Source: Gemmatimonadota bacterium
Lineage (GTDB): Bacteria; Gemmatimonadota; Gemmatimonadetes; Longimicrobiales; Gaopeijiaceae
Direction of reading: 5' to 3'
Length of the DNA stretch: 44,635 nt
NCBI GenBank assembly: GCA_039589315.1
Contig: JBDHHQ010000034.1
Location: forward strand, 1-44,635
Shown here: piece by piece, positions 9,242-18,800 of the stretch
Numbering within the stretch: the stretch's first letter is position 1
How the letters are laid out: every line of letters begins with the position of its first letter
Translations under genes and position numbers: made by a program
The notes under the pieces: model-generated
Databases searched by the model: none
What the model was told of the DNA's origin: nothing
Seen by the model: only the letters and a program-made list of their open reading frames with translations

Positions 9242-10627
9242 ATGCTGATCACCGGAAAGCACCTCCCCCGGCGGACGTTCCTGCGCGGCGTGGGCGCGAC
9301 TGTGGCGCTGCCGTTCCTGGACGCCATGGTGCCCACCCGCCGGCTGTGGGCCGAGGCCGCGGCCAAGGTCGACCGGACCCGCCTCGTGTGCATCGAGATG
9401 GTCCACGGCGCCGCCGGGTCCAACGAGCTGGGGTCCGAGCTGAACCTCTGGTCTCCCGCCCAGGTGGGTCGGGAGTTCGACCTGAGCACCAGCAGCTTGA
9501 GCCCGCTGGAGGGGTTCCGGGACCATCTGACCATCGTCAGCAACACCGACGTGCGTATGGCCGAGGCGTTCGAGGCCGAGGAGGTGGGCGGCGACCACTT
9601 CCGCTCCAGCGCCACCTTCCTGACTCAGGCCCACCCCAAGCAGACCGAGGGCTCCGACGTCCACGTCGGCACGTCGCTGGACCAGCTGTACGCCCAGCGG
9701 TTCGGACAGGACACGCCTATCCCGTCCCTGCAGCTCTGCATCGAGAACGTGGACCAGGCGGGCGGGTGCGCGTACGGGTACGCGTGTGTCTATACCGACA
9801 CCATCAGCTGGGCGTCGCCGACCGAGCCGCTGCCCATGATCCGGGATCCCCGGGTCGCGTTCGATCAGCTCTTCGGCGCCGGCGGGACGCCCGAGGGACG
9901 GGCGGCGCGGCGCCGGACCAACATGAGCATCCTGGACTGGGTCACGAGCGAGGTGGCCACGATCAAGCGGCAGCTCGGGCCCGCGGACCAGATGCGCATG
10001 GACCGGTACCTGGAGAACATCCGCGAGATCGAGCGACGCATTCAGCGTATCGAGGCCCACAACACCAGCGGCGAGATCCGGGAGCTGCCCGAGGCCCCCG
10101 CAGGCGTGCCCGACTCGTTCGAGGAGCACGTCAAGCTGATGTTCGACCTCCAGGCCCTGGCCTTCGCGTCGGACATGACGCGGGTCTTCTCGTTCAAGAT
10201 GGGGCGGGACGGCTCGGGCCGGGTCTATCCCGGCAGCGGCGTCGAGGAGGGCTTCCACCCGGCTTCGCACCACGGCGGCAAGGAGGATCAGGTCCTCGAC
10301 TTCGCCAAGATCAACCAGTACCACGTCAGCATGCTGCCCTACTTCCTGGAGAAGCTGCAGGAGATCCAGGAGGGCGACGCCAACATGCTGGACAAGACCA
10401 TGATCATCTACGGGTCGCCCATGGGAGACTCGAACCTCCACAACCACAGACGCTGCCCCCTGTTCGTGGCGGGTGGCGCCAACGGCAAGCTGACCGGCGG
10501 CGTTCACGTGAAGGCCCCGGACGGGACGCCCATGGCCAACGTCATGCTGAGCCTCATGCACGACCTGGGGCTCGACGACGTCGAGAGCTTCGGTGACAGC
10601 ACGGGCGATTTCTCGCTCACGGTCTAG
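9242..10627 (+). CDS. DUF1552-domain protein (Tat signal)
   Basis: 'LPRRTFLRGVGATVALPFLDAM', 'SLDQLYA', 'GYACVY..TISW', 'DLQALAF.SDMTRV', 'HPASHH', 'NLHNH'; canonical partner directly after DUF1592; GAGGAG RBS. Confidence 0.9.
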   Translation: MLITGKHLPRRTFLRGVGATVALPFLDAMVPTRRLWAEAAAKVDRTRLVCIEMVHGAAGSNELGSELNLWSPAQVGREFDLSTSSLSPLEGFRDHLTIVSNTDVRMAEAFEAEEVGGDHFRSSATFLTQAHPKQTEGSDVHVGTSLDQLYAQRFGQDTPIPSLQLCIENVDQAGGCAYGYACVYTDTISWASPTEPLPMIRDPRVAFDQLFGAGGTPEGRAARRRTNMSILDWVTSEVATIKRQLGPADQMRMDRYLENIREIERRIQRIEAHNTSGEIRELPEAPAGVPDSFEEHVKLMFDLQALAFASDMTRVFSFKMGRDGSGRVYPGSGVEEGFHPASHHGGKEDQVLDFAKINQYHVSMLPYFLEKLQEIQEGDANMLDKTMIIYGSPMGDSNLHNHRRCPLFVAGGANGKLTGGVHVKAPDGTPMANVMLSLMHDLGLDDVESFGDSTGDFSLTV

Positions 10628-10723
10628 CGTGAGGCAGGCGCCGATGCACCGGCGCTGGAAAGCCGCAGGGTTCTCGGCTGCCACCGGCGCCAGAAGCCCA
10701 AGGAATTCCTGAGGATACGCGGA

Positions 10724-12688
10724 ATGAGGTCGATGAAAGCCAACGGACGCCTGCGAGTCAGTGGCCTGGGCGCGCTGGGGATCATGCTTCTCCTGACCCC
10801 GGCTCCGGCCGAGGCGCCGGTAGCCGACGCGGCCATGACTGGCGACGGGGAAGCGGTTCGGTCGCTACTCAAGAGCGGGGCCGACGTCAACGCCGCCCAG
10901 GGCGACGGGATGACGGCCCTCCACTGGGCTGCGGCGCACGACGATGCGCCGATGGCGGAGATGCTCGTCTACGCGGGCGCCAACCTCGAGGCCACGACCC
11001 GAGTCGGGGCGTATACACCGCTCCTCGTGGCGAGCAAAGCTGGAAGCACGGCCGTGATCCACGCCCTGCTCGAGGCCGGTAGCGACGCCAACGCCCGCAC
11101 GACCACGGGCGTGACTGCCTTGCACCTTGCGGCCGCGGCCGACGACGACGCGTCCATCGAGCAGTTGCTGGCCCACGGCGCGGATGCAGACGTCCGTGAC
11201 TTCTCCCGTGGACAGACCCCGCTGATGTTCGCTGCGGCCAGGAATCGGGTCCGCGCGATCCGTGTGCTGATCGAAGCGGGAGCCGACCCGGGCGTCACCT
11301 CGTTGGTGCTCGATGTTCCCGACCGCGAGAAAGCCGACCGGGAGGACGGGCGTCGCCGCAACGAGCTCATGAAGGCCATGCGCGACGGCGCCCAGGAGCT
11401 CAAGGGTCCGGTCCAGGAGGAGCCACCAACCGCGCCCGAAGGCGGGGAAGGGGCCGAGGAGTCAGAGGAAGCCGAAGACACCGCAGCGGACGGAGCCAAA
11501 CCGGGTGAGGCGGACACCTCGGAGGGCGCGGCGGTTGAAGACGAGGAGGTGGCGGCTACCGAAGCCCGCGACGAAGACGAGGAGGAGGCCGGAACGGAAG
11601 CCGGCGACGAAAGCGAGGACGAGGCCGAGGCAGAAGCCGGCGACGAAAGCGAGGACGAGGCCGAGGCGGACGACGACGAGCCCAAGCCCCTGACCTACGG
11701 CGATCTGGTGGGCGGCCACGGGGGCCTCACCGCACTGCTGCACGCGGCCCGACAGGGCAACACGGAAGCGGTTCTGGCCCTCCTGGACGCGGGCGCCGAC
11801 ATCAACCAGGTCAGCGCGGGCGACCAAACGAGCCCACTCCTGATCGCCACCATCAACGGCCACTTCGACCTGGCCAACGTACTGTTGCAGAAGGGGGCCG
11901 ACCACGGCTTCGCCAGTGACGCCGGGGCCACGCCGCTCTACGCCGCGATCAACGTCCACTGGGCTCCCAAGGCTCTGTACCCTCAGCCCAAAGCGCATGA
12001 ACAACAGGAACTTACATATCTAGACTTCATGCAGATTCTGCTTGATGCTGGCGCCGATCCCAACGTTCGCCTGACCAAGCACCTCTGGTACATGTCGTAC
12101 AACTTCGATCTGCTCGGCGTGGACACGAAGGGCGCCACGACCTTCTGGCGGGCGGCCTACGCCACCGACGTGGATGCCATGAAGCTGTTGGTGGCCCACG
12201 GCGCCGACCCGAACATCCCGACCATGAAGGTGGCCGAGCGGCGGCGGCGTGACGACGGGGGCAAATCGAAGGACGAGGGAGATCCGTCGGGTCTGACGCC
12301 CATACCCGTCGGCGGCCCCGGTGTATATCCGATCCACGCGGCGTCGGGCGTGGGATACGGGAAGGACTTCGCGGCGAACTCCCACCGGCACACGCCGGAT
12401 GGGTGGGTACCGGCGGTCCGGTACCTGGTGGAGGAGCTCGGCGCCGACGTGAATCGGCGGGACCACGAGGGCTACAACGCGATCCACCACGCCGCGTCCC
12501 GAGGCGACGTCGAGCTGATCGAGTACCTGGTCGAGATGGGCGGCGACGTGAAGGCTGTGAGCCGCAAGGGGCAGACCACCGCGGACATGGCGAATGGGCC
12601 GGTGCAGCGGGTCCAGCCGTTCCCCGAGGCCATGGAGCTCCTGGAGAGCCTCGGGTCGGAGAACAACCACAACTGCCTGTCCTGCTGA
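10724..12688 (+). CDS. Secreted ankyrin-repeat protein with an acidic low-complexity insert and a C-terminal CxxC
   Basis: Many ankyrin repeats (GMTALHWAA, YTPLLVAS, GQTPLMFAA, TALLHAA, SPLLIA, GATPLYAA, NAIHHAA); signal peptide; ends 'HNCLSC'. Confidence 0.9.
   Translation: MRSMKANGRLRVSGLGALGIMLLLTPAPAEAPVADAAMTGDGEAVRSLLKSGADVNAAQGDGMTALHWAAAHDDAPMAEMLVYAGANLEATTRVGAYTPLLVASKAGSTAVIHALLEAGSDANARTTTGVTALHLAAAADDDASIEQLLAHGADADVRDFSRGQTPLMFAAARNRVRAIRVLIEAGADPGVTSLVLDVPDREKADREDGRRRNELMKAMRDGAQELKGPVQEEPPTAPEGGEGAEESEEAEDTAADGAKPGEADTSEGAAVEDEEVAATEARDEDEEEAGTEAGDESEDEAEAEAGDESEDEAEADDDEPKPLTYGDLVGGHGGLTALLHAARQGNTEAVLALLDAGADINQVSAGDQTSPLLIATINGHFDLANVLLQKGADHGFASDAGATPLYAAINVHWAPKALYPQPKAHEQQELTYLDFMQILLDAGADPNVRLTKHLWYMSYNFDLLGVDTKGATTFWRAAYATDVDAMKLLVAHGADPNIPTMKVAERRRRDDGGKSKDEGDPSGLTPIPVGGPGVYPIHAASGVGYGKDFAANSHRHTPDGWVPAVRYLVEELGADVNRRDHEGYNAIHHAASRGDVELIEYLVEMGGDVKAVSRKGQTTADMANGPVQRVQPFPEAMELLESLGSENNHNCLSC
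11597..11668 (+). repeat. Two tandem 36-bp units encoding EAGDESEDEAEA
   Basis: gaagccggcgacgaaagcgaggacgaggccgaggc(a/g) at 11597-11632 and 11633-11668. Confidence 0.9.
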
Positions 12689-12759
12689 GGGCAAGGGTCC
12701 GAGCCGCCGTCGCGACCGGCGAAGACTTCGGCTGGGCGGCTCGGCGCCGAGCTCGCTCA

Positions 12760-13764
12760 ATGCGTGCCTTGGCCCGTGCATTGCGTGCCCTGGCCCGACT
12801 CCCTGTGATGGTGGCTCTGCTCATATGGGCTTGCGCTCCTGGAGCCGACGAGCTCGCCCGCGATGACGCCGGCCTGGACGACCCCATCCGCACGGCGGAC
12901 CCCACCACCCGAGGTCTCACCGACGCCGATTTCCCGCGCGTCCAGCAGATCGCCTCCGGCGTGTACAGCTACGAGCAGCTCCGGTCAGCCGGGGACGAAC
13001 GGTTCACCACCGTGAGCCTCTTCGTCGTCACGTCCGAAGGCGTGCTGGTCGCCGACGGCCAGGGCAGTCCCGAGGAGACCGAGCGCCTCGTCGGGGCCGT
13101 CGCCGACGTTACGGATCTGCCCATAACCCACGTGGTGATCTGCTCCGACCACGGAGACCACACGGCGGGGAACGCGGCCTTTCCCCAGGACGCCGCCTTC
13201 CTGGCCCACCCGACCTCCGGCGCCAACCTGGCGGCCGCGGCGCAACGCGAGGACCGTGGGCCTGACGGGCCACCGGTCGTGATGCCCACGCGACTGGTGG
13301 AGGAGTACGAGGTCCTGCAGGTCGGCGATAAGGAGATCCATGTGCTCTTCCTGGGCCGGGCCCACACCGGAGGCGATCTGGTGGTCTACCTTCCGGCCGA
13401 GAAGGTCCTGTTCATGAGCGAGGCCTACCTGAACCGCGTCTTCCCGGCCATGCGGTCGGCCTACCCGTCGGAGTGGGTGGCCATGATCGAGCGAGCTCAG
13501 GCGTTGGACGTCGACGTCTACGTCCCGGGACACGGTTTCGTGGATTCCCCGTCAGTCCTCGAAGAAGAGCTGGAGACGTATCGGCAGGCGATCCTCACCG
13601 TCATCGCCGAAGCCACGCGTCTCTACGAGGCCGGGACGAGCGTGGAGGCCGCTGTGGCTCAGGCCCGGTTCGGTGACCTCGACGACTGGTCGCTCCGGGC
13701 GAGTCAGGCGGACCGCGCGATTCGGAGGGTCTACATGGAGCTGAACGGAGAGCTCCGGCCCTGA
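12760..13764 (+). CDS. Metallo-beta-lactamase-fold hydrolase, probable lipoprotein
   Basis: 'VVTSEGVLVADG', 'CSDHGDHTAGN', 'GRAHTGGDLVVYLP', 'VPGHG'; lipobox-like 'LIWAC'; start may instead be 12808. Confidence 0.82.
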   Translation: MRALARALRALARLPVMVALLIWACAPGADELARDDAGLDDPIRTADPTTRGLTDADFPRVQQIASGVYSYEQLRSAGDERFTTVSLFVVTSEGVLVADGQGSPEETERLVGAVADVTDLPITHVVICSDHGDHTAGNAAFPQDAAFLAHPTSGANLAAAAQREDRGPDGPPVVMPTRLVEEYEVLQVGDKEIHVLFLGRAHTGGDLVVYLPAEKVLFMSEAYLNRVFPAMRSAYPSEWVAMIERAQALDVDVYVPGHGFVDSPSVLEEELETYRQAILTVIAEATRLYEAGTSVEAAVAQARFGDLDDWSLRASQADRAIRRVYMELNGELRP

Positions 13765-13792
13765 TGTGGTGCCTCGAGTGGGAAGCGCTTCC

Positions 13793-14623
13793 CTAGCTTC
13801 GCCCTGCCGCCCTCCGGCCCACGGGCAGTGCCTCGTCTTCGGTGGCGATGATCACCCGGAAGCCCTGCTCCAGTCGCTCGGCGATGTCGTCCACACCGGC
13901 CGTCACCCCGCACGGCACGCCGAACTCGAGGCACGCAGCCAGAACCGCCTGTATGGCTACCTCCACAGCCACCATGTCACCCCCGTAGGCGCGGCCCAGA
14001 TCTCCCGGGCCGGCGAACACGACGCTCAGGCCCGGCGTGCTCACGATCTCCCGTACGTTCTCGATCCCGGCGCGGTCCTCGACGATCAGCACGTCGATCA
14101 GAAGGCCCTCGGCGTCGCCCGGCCACAGGTCCGGCGTGACCGACACCGAAACCGCCGCCTCCTCCGCGCTGACCACGTGGGGGAATACGATGCCATGGAC
14201 GCCGGCCTCGATCCCCTGGCTCGCCCGGTCCCGTGCCCCGGCGTGGTCTCCGTCGATGGGGGGGATCCGCAGCAACACCGGTTGGGGGTCGACGCCGGCT
14301 TCGGCCGCTGCATCGTGCATGCCGTTCAGGTACGCAATCATGCGCGGCACGTCGAAGGGACCGCTCTCCATTGAGTACAGGATGAAGTCGGCGTCCCGAG
14401 TCTGGACGATGCGGGCGCCCTGTTCGGGCGTCTCGTCTCCCGAGAACGTGCCGAAGACGGCCTGGCCCGACGCGAGCAGCTCGACGAGGGGACTGGGGGG
14501 CATCAGGGAGGTCTCCTGGGCAATCAGTGGTAGGGCGGGGCACACGGCCAGCGCCGCCGCCAACACGAGACCGGCCGAGCGCCAGGGCAGGCGGGACGGT
14601 TCGTGACCGCGACGCCCTCGCAC
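13793..14623 (-). CDS. HpcH/HpaI aldolase/citrate lyase family protein with a predicted signal peptide (start uncertain)
   Basis: 'VLLRIPP', 'GVHGIVFPHV', 'LIVEDRAGIENVREIVSTPG', 'FAGPGDL', 'GVPCG', 'RLEQGFR'; hydrophobic 'AGLVLAAALAVCPALPLIA-QE'. Confidence 0.78.
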   Translation of the reverse strand: MRGRRGHEPSRLPWRSAGLVLAAALAVCPALPLIAQETSLMPPSPLVELLASGQAVFGTFSGDETPEQGARIVQTRDADFILYSMESGPFDVPRMIAYLNGMHDAAAEAGVDPQPVLLRIPPIDGDHAGARDRASQGIEAGVHGIVFPHVVSAEEAAVSVSVTPDLWPGDAEGLLIDVLIVEDRAGIENVREIVSTPGLSVVFAGPGDLGRAYGGDMVAVEVAIQAVLAACLEFGVPCGVTAGVDDIAERLEQGFRVIIATEDEALPVGRRAAGRS

Positions 14624-15149
14624 GGAGGGGCCTGGCTTCGAGCACCAGGGAACAGCGCCGCATGGCAGCCCTGGGCTCCGACGGATCGGGGTACGGGCGG
14701 CGTGCGGGGGGGTCGACGGGGCGATTGCGGCTTGGTTGAGGGTCATGGCTTCGAGATCGCTGGGTCGGCTGGGTGAATCACCGCCGCACGGTCGCATGAC
14801 GGGAACCGTCCCGCAACGGTCCGTCGGCTCGCTCGGAGCGAGCACCCACGGCCTCCGGCTGCCCAGAACCTGGCCTCCGTCTATCAGGTCACCCCGCGCT
14901 CGGGGGACGGCGCCGGCTTCGAAGCCGCCATGCGCGAGCACGTGGACGCCCACACTGTTCGGTGTCGGTGGCCCGGGCCTCGATCCAAGGCCCGGGCCAC
15001 TTCGTTGCGTCGGTATGGCCGGTCTGGTCACGCCCCACGGAGCGCTCCTTCTCTCCGACGCCCTGGAACGGCACTTTCCCGACATACAAGCCGGCAGGGC
15101 CGGCCTATCACTTAACCAATAGGAAGCATTGCACCAGGAGGAGCGAGCC

Positions 15150-15362
15150 GTGGAACGACACATGGAGCAGGTCGAGGTGAGAACCACACCCGACGGGATG
15201 ATCGAGATCGTCCAGCGCTGTGGCGCCGAGCAGCCCGCTGACGTATTCGTCCGGCTGCACCCGGATCAGATCGGGACGCTGACGAGTTGGCTGGCCGAGG
15301 CCCGTACGGAGGTGCAGACGGGAGGGGTCGAGGACGCAGAAGCGTACGCCGCGCAGGGCTAG
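15150..15362 (+). CDS. Small hypothetical protein
   Basis: Strong AGGAGGAG RBS before GTG 15150 (ATG 15162 is an alternative); coding-like composition 'GMIEIVQ...VRLHPDQI..L..WL'. Confidence 0.65.
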   Translation: MERHMEQVEVRTTPDGMIEIVQRCGAEQPADVFVRLHPDQIGTLTSWLAEARTEVQTGGVEDAEAYAAQG

Positions 15363-15455
15363 GCGGTGATTGGCGAAACGCGGGCCGCAGGGGTTAGCCT
15401 ACCACGCGCCGGGCGGTTGACTTCCCACCAGCTGTAGGACACCGGAGGTGATGCG

Positions 15456-15869
15456 ATGGCCTATCGGATTCGTCGGGTCGACTACTTCCACGGCACGGTC
15501 CCCGATCAGCCGGGAGAGGCGTACAAGCTCCTCGCGGCGCTGGCCGATCTGGGCGTCAGCCTCCTGGCCTTCACCACGGTTCCCGTGGGACCCACCCACA
15601 CGCAGGTGACCTTGTTCCCCTCCGACACCCCCAGGCTCGAAGCCGAAGCCGGCAGGGCGGGCCTGTCGCTGGAGGGACCGCACCGGGCTCTCCTGGTCCA
15701 GGGCGACGACGAGCTGGGCGCCCTTGCGGGGATTCACGCCCGCCTCGCCGACGCCAACATCAATGTGTACGCCTCCAGCGGGGTGACGGACGGGCGCGGC
15801 AGCTTCGGGTACGTCGTCTACGTTCGACCGAAGGACTTCGACAAGGCGGCGACGGTTCTGGGCGTCTGA
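15456..15869 (+). CDS. Tandem ACT-domain protein
   Basis: Two ACT-like repeats 'VPDQPGEAYKLLAALADLGVSL' and 'GDDELGALAGIHARLADANINV'; GGAGGTG RBS. Confidence 0.85.
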   Translation: MAYRIRRVDYFHGTVPDQPGEAYKLLAALADLGVSLLAFTTVPVGPTHTQVTLFPSDTPRLEAEAGRAGLSLEGPHRALLVQGDDELGALAGIHARLADANINVYASSGVTDGRGSFGYVVYVRPKDFDKAATVLGV

Positions 15870-15887
15870 ATCCCGCGGGGACCGTCC

Positions 15888-18800
15888 ATGGCGCGAGCTC
15901 TCGAAGAGAACCTCAGACGAACGGCGATCCCCGTCGAGATCCCGGAAGAGCACCTGCTCCTCCTGGAGATCACTGACCACCTGCACGGGGTAAGGCGCCA
16001 GACCGAGGCGCTCCTCCGTGAGATCCACCACCGCTATGCCGGATGGGCCCAGACGCTCGAGGATCTCCATCGCCATGCGATGGGAGACTTCTATCACTAC
16101 AACAATCACCCCCGAGGGACCGAAGCGCTCGAGATCTTTATGGATCTCTACGCCCGGGTGGCGGCGCAGGCGGTGCCGGACACCGTGCGCCACGACGGTG
16201 TTCGCCGCTGGCTCTCCTATGCCGAGAAGATCGCTCGCGAATCGGGGCAGGCCGCGCAGCGGAATACGCGAGCCCTGGCAGTCGCTCTGGCCAGGCTGCG
16301 AGAGGACTTCGCGATCGCCCCCGCGCACCGGGTGACGGCGTCCGCCGGACTGAAACGGCTCGGCATCGTTCTCGCGGCTTCTCCGGGGAGCCTCGGGACG
16401 ACGAATGAGTCCGGCTCATCGGCATCTTCCCCTGCGGGCATCCCTGGCCAACCCGACGCCCAATGGCCGCGGGAGCTCCTGGATCGCACCCTGGGCCTGC
16501 TGGCGGACGCCTTGGACGAGACGTACGCGAGCTGGCTGGAGCGGGACGATCCAGCGCTCTGGTTGGACGGAGATGACGCGTCGGATCGGCCACGGGCGGG
16601 AGGCCTGCCGCCGGGGCCCGGCGAGGAGGATCCGCTGCCTGTGGCACACGCCGCCCTGACCCGGTACCAGGAAAGCCTGCGCGAGCTCGACCGGAGCGGA
16701 CCGCTAGTGGACTGCTCGGCCGAGCTCCTCACGCTGCCGGATAACGGCCAGCTCGTGCGGTGCTACCTGGAGAGGGGACGGGCGCTCCCGGCCAGGGAGA
16801 CGGTCGGGGGGGCGCGGCAGCGGATCCGCTGGTTCTCCCGGACGTTGAAGCAGGAGGGCCTGACTTCACTGCACGGAGCCGCCCTGGGGGAGATTCGGCG
16901 CTGCTGCGCCGCCGTGCTGACCACCGCGGGCGAAGCCGAAGGACAGCGGTTCGTGGAAGAGGTCCTGGAGCTGATCAGGGCCGGAGGATTCACCAGCTCC
17001 GTTCCCGGTCTCGATCTCGTGGGCACGCTGGGGCGAGAGGTCATCGCCACGGGCAAGCCTCCGTGGGTGGAGACCGTGGTGGACGGGATCGTCGATCTGG
17101 ACTTCCAGTATCCGGCCTTCTCGGGGTACACGGAGGAGTGGAAGGTGCGGGTGAACCCGGCCCACCTCCACAACGTCCGCACGTACCTGGCGATCATCGA
17201 AGCAGACCCGGGCCTGGCGCGCCGGCTCGTCGCCGCCCTGGTCACGCAGCTGAAGCTCGGCGGTACCTTCCTCGCCGATACGGATCTGTTCCAGCGAGAC
17301 ATCTCGTCCCTGCTCAGCCGGCCCATCGAGCCCGTCTACGACCAGGTCAAGCACCTGCTGAAGCTGTTCCCTGCCTACTTCACCGACATCGGCGCCGAGG
17401 GGGATCTCCGGGTCGTGTCCACCCAACTGGACGAGATCCGGGGCCGCGCGGACCCCCTCTGCCACTTCATCCGGAAGCTGAGCCACGTGGAGAGCAATCC
17501 TCTGCTGGTCCCGTTCGTGGAGGACGTGGCCCGCTTCTGGGCGGACGGCGATCCCACACACGTGCGGCGATACCTTCCGGACAAGCTGTACGAGAGCCTG
17601 GACATCCAGGATCCCAACTACCAGAGCCTGCACCGCATCTTCGGCGCTCTGGCCCAGGATGAGGGCGGGATCGAGGCCCTCTTCGGGTTGGAGACGGCGG
17701 ATGTCGAGGCGAAGCTCCGAGAGCTCACCGAGGAGCAGCCCACCGACCTGGAAAAGGCCCGCCTGCTCTTCAAGGTCCGTGAGGAGATCGCCCGGAAGTA
17801 CCGGCTGGACTCGACCGGCCTGCTGGAGCGGCTGGCAACGTGCAGCTTCGTAGACGCGTCTCGGGTAGTCGGCTTGGGAGAGGCTCTGCAGGAGCAGCGA
17901 GAAGACCAGTCCCTCGAGATCCTCCTGGAGATCCTGGAGGAGCTGCAGGCCGTCATCTGTACCCCCGGCGCCCCCGAGCCTGCCGAGGACATCTACCTCA
18001 AGCGCCACGTCGCGGTCGGGATTCCCAGCATGTATGGGTCGTACCGGGAAAAGCGCTTCGAAGCGATCGGGCTGTCGTTCCGGGTCGAAGCGCTGACCAC
18101 GGCCATGTTCGCGCGGCGGCTCGCGGCGGTGGATCTGAGCGGCCTGGACGCCGGGGGCCTATCGACCGTGGCCGATTGGCTGCGCCTGCTGATCCGGGCG
18201 CTTCGCGTGGACGGCTGCGCCTCGCACGGGTTGGACGCGAGCCTGGAGATGCTGGACCAGGCCGTGTCGACACCTGGTGTCACCCGGCACCAGTTCATCA
18301 ACGTCTTCCAGCTCTTTTCGCGCGCCATCGAGCGGTTGGTCCAGCAGCGGTTTCTGGCGGTCTACGAGGACACGGTGGAACGGGTCGTCGAGCGCCGGGC
18401 CGCCAGGGGGTTGCAGCCGGATTCGGTCGGCGCGAACGGGCCCGGAAGCGTGGTGGCTCGTTCGGAGGAGCTGGTCCGCGAGCTGATCGCCGACACCTTC
18501 GGGCTGTCGCTCCTGGACTCGCTCGTGGCCCGGGTCCTTCGAGGTCTGGCCGAGCAAGGCCAGCCCACCGAGGCGGGGGACCCAGGCACCGTCCGGGGAA
18601 CGCCCGCACCGGCGGAACGTTGGGCAGTGCCGCTCTCGGGCGCGTCGGACGAGCGAGACGGCATACTCCACCTGGGGAACAAGGGGTACATGCTGAGGCG
18701 TCTGACGCAGCACGGCTTCCCGGTGCCGCCAGGCTTCATCCTGACCACCGAGCTCTTCAAGGCCAGATCGTCGGCCGGGCAGGCGTGGGACCCGCGCCGA

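Noticed and set aside
8054..10684. Long antisense or alternate-frame ORFs (e.g. 8054-10684, 6539-7963, 18159-19745, 29143-31104, 32762-35521, 43174-44583)
   Set aside because: They are shadows of well-supported genes in high-GC DNA and show no motifs of their own
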